From NCBI GenBank assembly GCA_964534375.1, contig CAZHPN010000135.1, positions 1 through 17,311 of the forward strand: a stretch of DNA of 17,311 bases, written 5' to 3'. The translations under genes were made by a program, and so were the position numbers. Below are positions 1 through 7,622 of this stretch, piece by piece. A model generated the notes under the pieces. It worked only from the letters and a program-made list of their open reading frames with translations. It made no database searches and was not told the origin of the DNA. The first letter of the stretch is position 1, and each line of letters starts with the position of its first letter. Source of the DNA: an uncultured bacterium. Lineage in GTDB: Bacteria; Lernaellota; Lernaellaia; Lernaellales; Lernaellaceae.

Positions 1-216
1 AAACGCCGCGGCAAACTCGAACAACTCGTCGCCGCCTACGAAATGGAACTGATCGTCGACGCGCTGAAAGACGGCGAAGGCAGCCAATCGCGCGCCGCCT
101 ACCTGCTCGGGTCGACCAAGCGCATTATTCAATACAAAGTGCAGAAATACGGCATCGACTACCGCAAGTTCCGGAAGAAGGGCGGAGGCGAGCCGCTGCA
201 CGGCGACGTCGATTAG
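1..216 (+). CDS. C-terminal fragment of a sigma54-dependent transcriptional activator (Fis-type HTH), 5' end outside the window
   Basis: Frame 1 reads KRRGKLEQLVAAYEMELIVDALKDGEGSQSRAAYLLGSTKRIIQYKVQKYGI...* (TAG 214-216). This matches the Fis-type HTH tail of NtrC/NifA-family enhancer-binding proteins. Confidence 0.85.
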   Translation, partial: KRRGKLEQLVAAYEMELIVDALKDGEGSQSRAAYLLGSTKRIIQYKVQKYGIDYRKFRKKGGGEPLHGDVD

Positions 217-286
217 AACAATTTTAGTTTTGTTTACAACAACATAAACACACTAATATAAAGCATAACTTTAGGTGCGGCCCGCC

Positions 287-315
287 TTGCGAAACGGCTT
301 GAACTGCGCGATGCT
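287..315 (+). promoter_or_regulatory. Possible sigma70-type promoter for the radical SAM gene
   Basis: TTGCGA-N17-GATGCT, followed by RBS AAGGAG at 331-336 and ATG at 343. The -10 box is weak. Confidence 0.3.
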
Positions 316-342
316 TTCTCCGCGGCAACGAAGGAGAAAACC

Positions 343-1482
343 ATGACGCCGACAATGAAACGCCGCGAGTTCCTGTTCGCCTCGGCTGGCGCGGCCTGCG
401 CGCTCGCCGCCGGCTGCAAGCCGCGCCTCGGCGCCGCGGCGGACAAACTGACGCCGCTCCCACGCGGCTCGGCCACGCCGCACCCGGCGCTGTACTGGCG
501 GGCCGATGGCCAGAGCATTCAATGCGAGCTTTGTCCGCACGGTTGCACGATCGAGCCGGGCAAGACCGGTTTCTGCCGCACGCGGCGCAATGAAGGCGGC
601 AAACTGGTCAGCCTGACGTACGGCCAGCCCGTGACCTGGCACAACGACCCGATCGAAAAGAAGCCGCTGAACCACGTTTTGCCGGGCTCGAAAGCCTTTT
701 CGCTGGCGACGGTCGGTTGCAACCTGACCTGCCAACATTGCCAGAATTGGGAACTTTCGCAGTCGTCGCCGGGCGACCTGCCGCCGTACGATTGGTCGCC
801 GGCCGAGGTTGCGCGGCAGGCCAAGGAAGCGGGCAGTCCGACGATCGCCTTCACCTACAACGAGCCGACGATCTGGTCGGAGTACATCCTCGACACCCTC
901 GCCGCGGCGCAGCCGCTAGGCGTGCGCACGGTGATGATCAGCAACGGCTTCATCCGCGAAAAGCCGCAGCGCGATTTGGCGCGGCGCCTGACCGCGTACA
1001 AGGTCGACCTCAAGGGTTTTTCCGAGAAGTTCTATCGCGACATTTGCGGCGCGCGCCTGCAGCCGGTGCTCGACGGCATGGTGCGCATCCGCGAAGAGAA
1101 ATGCTGGTTGGAGATCGTCACGCTGCTGATTCCGTCGCTCAACGACGACCGCGGCGAGTTGAAGCAGCTCGCCGCGTGGGTGCGCGACAATCTCGGTCCC
1201 GACGTGCCGGTGCATTTCACCGCGTTTCACCCGATGTACCGCCTGCGGAACCTGCCGCGGACGCCGGTCGAGACGCTCGAAACGGCGCGGCAGATCGCGC
1301 TCGACGCCGGGCTGCATTATCCGTACGTCGGCAATGTGCCCGGGCATCCGGGCGCGCATACCTATTGCCCGAATTGCCGCACGATCGTCATCGAACGCGT
1401 CGCGATGTCGTCGCGGATCGTGGCGCTCGACAACGGCAGGTGCGCCAAGTGCAAGACCGCGATTCCGGGGGTGTGGGCGTAA
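343..1482 (+). CDS. amrS: AmmeMemoRadiSam-system-type radical SAM enzyme with an N-terminal twin-arginine (Tat) signal
   Basis: Motifs: CELCPHGC...GFCRTR, DPIEKKPLNH, radical SAM CxxxCxxC (GCNLTCQHCQNWELSQ), AFTYNEPT, HFTAFHP and C-terminal TYCPNC...CAKC. N-terminus MKRREFL is followed by a hydrophobic stretch. Confidence 0.9.
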   Translation: MTPTMKRREFLFASAGAACALAAGCKPRLGAAADKLTPLPRGSATPHPALYWRADGQSIQCELCPHGCTIEPGKTGFCRTRRNEGGKLVSLTYGQPVTWHNDPIEKKPLNHVLPGSKAFSLATVGCNLTCQHCQNWELSQSSPGDLPPYDWSPAEVARQAKEAGSPTIAFTYNEPTIWSEYILDTLAAAQPLGVRTVMISNGFIREKPQRDLARRLTAYKVDLKGFSEKFYRDICGARLQPVLDGMVRIREEKCWLEIVTLLIPSLNDDRGELKQLAAWVRDNLGPDVPVHFTAFHPMYRLRNLPRTPVETLETARQIALDAGLHYPYVGNVPGHPGAHTYCPNCRTIVIERVAMSSRIVALDNGRCAKCKTAIPGVWA

Positions 1483-1612
1483 ATCCGCCGGCCGATCGAT
1501 GCAACGCGCCTAGCGTTGACAACGGGAATCGATCCGCGTATTTGTAAAAGTCGAGATCCGTTCGTGCAAACTTTCGATCACTGTTATGGATAACCGCCGT
1601 GGAGGTCTTGCC

Positions 1613-2725
1613 ATGAAACGCGATGCTTGGTTTCTGTTGATTCCTGTCATCATCATGTTTCTTGTCTGCGCCGTCGCCTGCGGCAGTTCCGGCGGCAAGA
1701 GCGGCGGCGGCAGCCCCGCCGGCGATGACGACGCGACCGATGACGATGCCGCGCCGGACGACGATGACGACGCGTCGCCGGATGACGATGACGACGCGTC
1801 GCCGGATGACGATGACGACGCGTCGCCCGATGATGACGACGATGCCTCGCCGGATGACGATGCGTCACCGGACGATGACGACAATGCTTGCAGCGCGACC
1901 AATTGCCCGGACGGTTGTTGCGACGCGAGCGGCGACTGCCAGCCCGGCACGGCCAACACGGCGTGCGGCCAAGGCGGCAACGGGTGCGTGAATTGCCTAA
2001 CGTTAAGCGATTATTGCAACGCGTCGAATGCCTGCGAGTCGGACACTGTCGGCATTGCCTGGATTCTGGTTCCGGCCGGAGACTATTGGATGGGGTGTTC
2101 GCCGGATGACACCAATTGTCCTGGCAACGAACTGCCGCGCCACCAAGTAACGTTGGGCGAGTTTTCAATGACGAAAACTTTGATCACGCAAACCCAATAC
2201 GTGCAATTGATCGGCTACAATCCCAGTTACAACACGGGATGCGGCGGAGATTGCCCTGTGGAGACCGTAAATTGGGTCGACGCCTCCTACTATTGCGGAC
2301 TAGTCGGGGGGCGGTTGCCGACAGAGGCGGAATGGGAGTACGCGGAACGCGCGGGAACGACGACGATTTACGTTTGCGGCGACGATCCCGCATGTCTCGA
2401 TGCGATTGCCTGGATGCAGAGCAACTGCAACGGTTTGCAACCCGTGTGCGAGAAAGAGCCCAACAACTGGGGTTTTTGCGATATGGTGGGCGACCTGACG
2501 AAGTGGGTGCACGACTGGTACAGCCCGACTTACTATGCCCAAAGTCCGCTCGTCGACCCGCCCGGACCTGCCACCGGTTCGGCGCATGTGTTGCGGAGCG
2601 CCAGCTTCCTCGACTCCCTTATCAAGAACGGGCAATATTTCCGCGCTTCAGGCCGCCGCCCCGCGCCGCCCAACATTGAGCAACTCGGCGATGCGACGGT
2701 TGGCTTTCAGTGCGTTCGAGACTGA
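1613..2725 (+). CDS. Lipoprotein with an Asp-rich linker, a Cys-rich segment and a C-terminal formylglycine-generating enzyme (FGE-sulfatase/SUMF1) family domain
   Basis: GGAGG at 1601-1605 favours ATG 1613 over 1586. Signal peptide ends AVAC (lipobox-like). FGE motifs: GDYWMGCS, ELPRHQV, CPVETVNW, RLPTEAEWEYAERAG, PNNWGFCDM, GFQC. Confidence 0.85.
   Translation: MKRDAWFLLIPVIIMFLVCAVACGSSGGKSGGGSPAGDDDATDDDAAPDDDDDASPDDDDDASPDDDDDASPDDDDDASPDDDASPDDDDNACSATNCPDGCCDASGDCQPGTANTACGQGGNGCVNCLTLSDYCNASNACESDTVGIAWILVPAGDYWMGCSPDDTNCPGNELPRHQVTLGEFSMTKTLITQTQYVQLIGYNPSYNTGCGGDCPVETVNWVDASYYCGLVGGRLPTEAEWEYAERAGTTTIYVCGDDPACLDAIAWMQSNCNGLQPVCEKEPNNWGFCDMVGDLTKWVHDWYSPTYYAQSPLVDPPGPATGSAHVLRSASFLDSLIKNGQYFRASGRRPAPPNIEQLGDATVGFQCVRD
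1724..1882 (+). repeat. Coding tandem repeat, ~24-bp units encoding DDDDDASP
   Basis: Repeated GAYGAYGATGACGACGCGTCGCCG-like units translate as DDDATDDDAAP(DDDDDASP)x4 DDDASP DDDD. Confidence 0.9.
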
Positions 2726-2731
2726 CGACAG

Positions 2732-2754
2732 GTGCGCACGTGAAATTTGCGCAC
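2732..2754 (+). terminator. Hairpin directly after the FGE-domain gene
   Basis: GTGCGCA-cgtgaaatt-TGCGCAC, a 7-bp stem. There is no U-tract, so termination is uncertain. Confidence 0.3.
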
Positions 2755-2934
2755 TGAACGGTGGAACGGGTGGAGAAGATCGGGCGACGCGTGATCATGC
2801 CGCGCGGCGGGCCGAACGCCTCACCCCGGAATGATTTCAGGCCTTCGCCGGGGATGGCGGCTGTCGTCGAGGCATTGTTCTTCCGCCGTTTAACGGCGTC
2901 CTGCGTCTAGTTAGTATCGTCGCACGGTTTTCCG

Positions 2935-4869
2935 TTGGAGACGGTGAAAAAAATGGTGACGCATGCGGCGAAAGAATTGACCGGCATTCTGGGCTTTCTG
3001 TTTCTGTTTTACGCCGCCGGCAGCTTTCTGGATCGCGGCGTTCACATAAAAATCGTCGATTCGCGCCAGCGGCGGTTGATTCTTGTCTGCCTCGGAATGG
3101 TCGGGTGGATCTACTTCACCTTTCTGCTCGGCGTCTTGCAACTGTTTTACACGGCCGTAGTTGTCGCCGCCATGGCGCTCTGCCTGCTGACTTATTTGGC
3201 TGCATTTCGGCAAGACTGGTTGCCGGCTTTGCAATCCGGCGGCGATTTGCCGCGGCGTCTATCGCCAGCCGTGATCGTTTTTCTCATTGCCGCGGGCGGC
3301 GTCCTGCTTTTCCTTTTCGTGGAGGCCCTCTCCTCCCATATCGCCGCTGACGCGCAAAACTACCATCTTTTCATCCCGCAACGATACATTATGCACCACG
3401 GATTTTACTTCATTCCCTTCAAGCCGCTGTCGAACTGGCCGGCCAACGTAGAGATGTTGTTTCTTCTCGCGCTGATCGTCAAAGACTTCATGCTGGCCAA
3501 CTTGGTGCATTTTCTGGCCGGCGCGCTCACGTTGTTGACGTTGTATCTGCTCTGTCGGGAGCGGGCGGGCCGCTTCGCCGGGCTTTTCGCCGCTTTTTTG
3601 TTCTTGATGAACGAGGTAGTCCGTTGGATTTGGGCGGTCTGTTACACTGAGCTTGTCACGGCCCTCTTTTTCCTCCTGGCTTTTTGGTTTGTCATCAAAA
3701 GCCTCGAAGAGCAGGATTCCGAAAAAAGGCACTTATTGTTGGCCGGGATATTCACTGGCGCGATGGCGGGGACCAAACTCAACGCCTTCCAGGGCGGGAT
3801 CGTGCTCTGCGTCGTCTACCTGTCCGCCAAGATTCGTTCCGGGCATTTTCGCCGCAGCCTCGGACGGCTGCTGCTGTATTTCGGGGTCCCGAGCGTCGGC
3901 CTGTTGGCGCCGTGGCTCATCAAAAGTGCGGTGATGACAGGCAATCCCGTTTATCCCCTGCTTCACTCCGTCTTCGGGGGACCCGAATGGAATATGAAAC
4001 TGAGTCAGTCGATGGACGAGGTTTATTTGAAGATGGGCATGGGGCGGACGCTGCTCGACTACGTATGCCTGCCCTTCCGCGTGATCTGGTATGGCAATTA
4101 CGACTTCGCGCATTTCTTCGGCGTCATCGACAAAACCTGGATTGCATTTGTGCCGTTGTCGGCGCTGTTTGGGATTCGCCTGCCCATCGTGCGTCGCGCC
4201 ATGTGCGCCGCGGGACTGTACTTTTGTTGCTGGGCGGCGGGCACACAGCAAATGCGGCATTTGATTCCGATCCTCGCGTTGCTTTCGGTCGCCGGCGCGC
4301 TCACGTTGGCGCATTGGATTTCCAGGATTTCCGGCCGACGGATCGCTTCGCTCGTTAAGGCCGCGTTTCTGGTGGCCGCCTCTGTCTACCTCGTCTATAC
4401 CGTTGACCTTGACCGGTCGGTATGGGGTTCGCCTTCCGCATACACGATGTTTGTGCCAAGGCCCGCCGAAGAGCAAGCGCTGGACCAATACGTGAATCGT
4501 CGTCTTCCGACAACCGCGCGAATCCTCATCCCGAGCCTTTGGTACGGTTTTTCCCTGGACCGGGACGTGATCGCTGAAAACGTGCAGAATGCACACCAAA
4601 TCGCGCAACTCCTACTTTCAGGAAACAACGAAAGCGAAATATACAAGACGCTGACCCGGGAGAAATTCACCCACGTTCTCACCGACACGGCACACGAGTG
4701 CCAAGAAAGCCCGCCGGCGTTTTGTCGGATGTTGAAAAATCGGCAATACCTCTTGCCGGTCTTCCGGAATTCTTGGTTCACGCTTTACCAATTGCTGCCG
4801 CAAGAGCCGAAGCCGCCATCGCCGGCAATGATCCCGCTGCAACCGTTGGCGACGTCGGCGCCGCTTTAA
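2935..4869 (+). CDS. Polytopic membrane protein, probable GT-C fold glycosyltransferase (ArnT/PMT-like, GT39-type)
   Basis: Many hydrophobic helices. DAQNYHLFIP...WPANVEMLF loop, GTKLNA and PWLIKSAVMTGNPVYP motifs, QQMRHLIP, and a soluble C-terminal domain. Start is uncertain (TTG 2935 or ATG 2953). Confidence 0.7.
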   Translation: METVKKMVTHAAKELTGILGFLFLFYAAGSFLDRGVHIKIVDSRQRRLILVCLGMVGWIYFTFLLGVLQLFYTAVVVAAMALCLLTYLAAFRQDWLPALQSGGDLPRRLSPAVIVFLIAAGGVLLFLFVEALSSHIAADAQNYHLFIPQRYIMHHGFYFIPFKPLSNWPANVEMLFLLALIVKDFMLANLVHFLAGALTLLTLYLLCRERAGRFAGLFAAFLFLMNEVVRWIWAVCYTELVTALFFLLAFWFVIKSLEEQDSEKRHLLLAGIFTGAMAGTKLNAFQGGIVLCVVYLSAKIRSGHFRRSLGRLLLYFGVPSVGLLAPWLIKSAVMTGNPVYPLLHSVFGGPEWNMKLSQSMDEVYLKMGMGRTLLDYVCLPFRVIWYGNYDFAHFFGVIDKTWIAFVPLSALFGIRLPIVRRAMCAAGLYFCCWAAGTQQMRHLIPILALLSVAGALTLAHWISRISGRRIASLVKAAFLVAASVYLVYTVDLDRSVWGSPSAYTMFVPRPAEEQALDQYVNRRLPTTARILIPSLWYGFSLDRDVIAENVQNAHQIAQLLLSGNNESEIYKTLTREKFTHVLTDTAHECQESPPAFCRMLKNRQYLLPVFRNSWFTLYQLLPQEPKPPSPAMIPLQPLATSAPL

Positions 4870-4916
4870 GCCGCCGGTCGGTTCGATTAAACCCCGCGGC
4901 ACAGATCCCGGATTTA

Positions 4917-4994
4917 AACCACAGAGGCACGGAGATCACAGAGAATGAAAAAAATGGCTCTGTGTCCTGTGTGCGTCTGTGGTTCTGTGGTTAA
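4917..4994. repeat. REP-like imperfect palindrome built from CACAGAG-core units
   Basis: AACCACAGAGGCACGGAGATCACAGAG - 14-nt loop - CTCTGTGTCCTGTGTGCGTCTGTGGTTCTGTGGTTAA. Confidence 0.8.
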
Positions 4995-5003
4995 CCTGGC
5001 CGG

Positions 5004-5031
5004 TTGACATCGCGCCCGCGCCGCGCAAAAT
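5004..5031 (+). promoter_or_regulatory. Probable sigma70 promoter for the MFS gene
   Basis: TTGACA-N16-CAAAAT, with RBS AAGGAG at 5044-5049. Confidence 0.45.
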
Positions 5032-5061
5032 CGCCGCCGTTTCAAGGAGCCGCCGCCGCGA

Positions 5062-6243
5062 ATGAACGCCAGGGATGCCGAGTTTTCCGTCGCCCATGCC
5101 GACTGGCTGCCGAGCGTGCTGGTCGGCAGCTACATGGTGCTGACCTCGATCGCGGCCTTCTGGCTGCCGGTCTACTTCGCCGACCAACTTGGATTTTCGG
5201 GCGCGCAAATCGGGTTGCTGTTCTCGATCAACGCGATCGCCGGCGTGCTGGCCGCGCTGCCGGCCGGCCTCGGCAACGACCGCATCAGCAGCCGCACGCT
5301 GGTCGTCGTCGCTCTCGCCGCGCAGTTGCTGGCGATCTACCTGCTGGGCGGCGTGCGACTCTTCCCGGCGACGCTGCTCGTGTTTCTCGCGTGGTCGGTG
5401 GCGAACAACCTGTTTCGCCAGAGCATGGAAATGCAATTGCTCAAGACCGACACCGGCGCACGGACGGGCCGCCGCGTCGGCCTCTTCGTCGCCTGGCGCT
5501 TCGGCGGCCTGCTCGCCGGCACGATCCTCGCCGGCTATCTGCTGCACTGGCTCGATTTTCGCGGCTCGTTCCGCGCCCTGGCCGGCGTCGGCGTGCTGCT
5601 GCTCGCGCCGGCCTGCCTGTTGCCGCCGACGCGGCTGGCGCCGGTCCGGCTTGCCGACTATTTCGCCGACCTGCGCGACCTGCGCGTGCTGCTGTTCGCC
5701 GGCTGGATGTTCCTGTTCACCACGCACTGGGGCGTCGAATCGACCTGCTACAGCCTGTTCCTGCGGCGCACGATGGGCCTCTCGCTGCGCAGCATGGGCT
5801 GGTACATGTCGGCCGAGTTCGCCGCCGTCGTCGCCGCCGCATTGTTTGTCGCGCCGCGCCTGGGCAGGCGCCTCTCGTTGACGAACCTCGCGCTCGGGGG
5901 CGTGGCGTTGTCCGGCGTCGGGCACATCGGCATGACGATCGGCAACGTGTGGATCTCGGTCGCGTTCCGCGCCGTCCACGGCCTCGGCGACGGGGCGCTG
6001 GCCGTGCTGCTGTACGTCGGTTTTTCGCGGCTGTTCAACATCGAACGGCTCGGCGGCGCCGCTGGCGCGATCAATCTGGCCATGATGATCGGCCAGATCG
6101 CCGGCGCCATGATCGCCGGGCCGGTCGGCGAAAAGTTCGGGTACGCGCTGCCGATCTGGACCAGCGGCGTGCTGTTGCTAGCGCTCGCGACGCCGCTGGC
6201 CGCGAAAAGCTGGCGCGACCGGCGGGTCGAGCGGATCGAATGA
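5062..6243 (+). CDS. Major facilitator superfamily transporter
   Basis: 393 aa with about 12 hydrophobic segments. PVYFADQLGFSGAQIGLLF and an MFS motif-A-like GLGNDRISSR are present. Confidence 0.85.
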   Translation: MNARDAEFSVAHADWLPSVLVGSYMVLTSIAAFWLPVYFADQLGFSGAQIGLLFSINAIAGVLAALPAGLGNDRISSRTLVVVALAAQLLAIYLLGGVRLFPATLLVFLAWSVANNLFRQSMEMQLLKTDTGARTGRRVGLFVAWRFGGLLAGTILAGYLLHWLDFRGSFRALAGVGVLLLAPACLLPPTRLAPVRLADYFADLRDLRVLLFAGWMFLFTTHWGVESTCYSLFLRRTMGLSLRSMGWYMSAEFAAVVAAALFVAPRLGRRLSLTNLALGGVALSGVGHIGMTIGNVWISVAFRAVHGLGDGALAVLLYVGFSRLFNIERLGGAAGAINLAMMIGQIAGAMIAGPVGEKFGYALPIWTSGVLLLALATPLAAKSWRDRRVERIE

Positions 6244-6268
6244 ATATCGGGATATGGATTTAGGGCTA

Positions 6269-6312
6269 TCCACAGATTACACAGATTACACGGATCGATC
6301 TGTGCAATCTGT
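6269..6312. repeat. CACAGATTA 9-mer palindrome (left arm plus partial right arm; right arm is completed at 6533-6544)
   Basis: TCCACAGATTACACAGATTACACGGAT-cg-ATCTGTGCAATCTGT, with the missing GTAATCTGTGGA found at 6533-6544. Confidence 0.8.
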
Positions 6313-6372
6313 ACTGCTAACGGTTCGTTTCTTGTTCTTGCGCTAAGAATTTCATTGCGCCGTTGTCGCGCC

Positions 6373-6417
6373 TGGGAATAATGGGACTTATGGGACCAAT
6401 GGGACTCATGGGATTAT
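6373..6417. repeat. Five tandem 9-mers (TGGGAnnnA consensus)
   Basis: TGGGAATAA TGGGACTTA TGGGACCAA TGGGACTCA TGGGATTAT. Confidence 0.9.
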
Positions 6418-6477
6418 CAGCGCCGTGCCCGTTCGCCAACCGGGCGCAATGAAACCACGCAGGCCCCGCGCCGGTTC

Positions 6478-6505
6478 ATTCCGCAATCCGCAATCCGCAA
6501 TCCGA
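6478..6505. repeat. Four tandem heptamers (AATCCGC)
   Basis: ATTCCGC AATCCGC AATCCGC AATCCGA. Confidence 0.9.
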
Positions 6506-6553
6506 AATTTGGTTGCGGCTCTGTCGCGCTAAGTAATCTGTGGACGCCCGTCC

Positions 6554-7621
6554 TCACTCCTCGAACGGATCGCGATTCTCGAGCACGGCAATGATCTTGC
6601 CGATCGCGTCGGGGCTGGTGATCAACGAGGCGTGGCCGCCGTCGATCAGGAAGTTGCGTGCGCCTTCGAGCGTCGCGCTCTGCGGGGCGACGAAAAAATC
6701 GCGGCGCGCGGCGAAGCAGACGACCTCGACGTCGGCCGGCAACTGGCCGTCGTTCAACTCGCGCAAAAACGGCGAACCCGGCGCCATCTGCAGCAGCGAC
6801 TTGTAGAACGGACTGAACAAGGGCAGGCCGGCCACCGCTACGGGGGTGCCGCGGAACGGGGCGCCGACCGTCACCAGCCGCCGAACGTGTTCGCCGAGGC
6901 CCAGGCGTTTCAGGCCCCAGAGCGCGATCAGGCCGCCCATCGAATGCGCGACCGCCGTGATGCGCCGGCCGCCCAGCCGCGCCGACAACGCCGCGACCTT
7001 TTCCGCGACGAGCGCACCGCTGCGTCGAATATCGGCGACGTTCAGCGGACCCAGGTCGATCGAAAACACGGGGAAGCCGGCCGTTTTCAGCCGCCGCTCC
7101 AGAAACCGCAGCACGCCGCGGGTGCCGAGCCAGCCGTGCAGCAGCAACACGGGCTCGCGAAAGCCGGCGACCGGCTTGCCCAGTTCGCGGACGTCGACGG
7201 CGTTGCCATGGAGTTCGCCCCAGGCGTAGCGCAGTATCGCCACAACTTCGTCGAGCGCGAGGGCCTGCATATACACGGCCAGCCGGGCGAACTCGCGCAA
7301 TTTCAGCGACCGCGCTCGCACGGCGTCGAAGCGCAGGCCCATGCCGTAAGGCGATGACGAATGGCGGCCGTTCTTGCTGACGCGCACGACCTCCGCGCGG
7401 CCGACGTAAGGCCGCACGTCGTCGAGTAGGCAAAACTCGAAATCGAGCAGCGTCCCCGGCGCCCACGGGCTGTTGACCCACACCATCATGCCGCCGACGC
7501 TGATGTCGCCCACGTTGGCGACCAAGTGCTGCTGCCGGTGGCGCAGGTGCGCCTTGATCTGGGTATACGTCGGCGCACGGGGGAAGGCGCGTTTCTCTAA
7601 GATATTGACGGGCTTGGCCAT
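6554..7621 (-). CDS. PilZ domain fused to an alpha/beta-fold hydrolase (lipase/esterase type)
   Basis: PilZ motifs RAFPR (RxxxR) and DISVGG (DxSxxG), with GMGLRF at the domain end. Hydrolase motifs LLHGWLG, AHSMGG, GAPFRGT, candidate Asp (RRDFFV) and His (GGHASL). Confidence 0.8.
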   Translation of the reverse strand: MAKPVNILEKRAFPRAPTYTQIKAHLRHRQQHLVANVGDISVGGMMVWVNSPWAPGTLLDFEFCLLDDVRPYVGRAEVVRVSKNGRHSSSPYGMGLRFDAVRARSLKLREFARLAVYMQALALDEVVAILRYAWGELHGNAVDVRELGKPVAGFREPVLLLHGWLGTRGVLRFLERRLKTAGFPVFSIDLGPLNVADIRRSGALVAEKVAALSARLGGRRITAVAHSMGGLIALWGLKRLGLGEHVRRLVTVGAPFRGTPVAVAGLPLFSPFYKSLLQMAPGSPFLRELNDGQLPADVEVVCFAARRDFFVAPQSATLEGARNFLIDGGHASLITSPDAIGKIIAVLENRDPFEE

Positions 7622-7622
7622 G

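Larger units (their letters stand above)
6313..6532. mobile_element. Putative 220-bp non-autonomous insertion splitting the palindrome
   Basis: Deleting 6313-6532 restores a 27-nt right arm matching the left arm at 25/27. There is no target duplication. The insert ends in GGTT-GCGGC-TCT-GTCGC-GCTAA. Confidence 0.5.

Noticed and set aside
6315..6368. Integron attC site (TGCTAAC...GTTGTCG with an inner hairpin)
   Set aside because: Ends fit RYYYAAC/GTTRRRY poorly, there is no clear L-box pairing, and no integrase or cassette array is present.
6269..6510. CRISPR array
   Set aside because: Units are 7-9 bp and contiguous, without unique spacers, and there are no cas genes. The same applies to 12244-12292.
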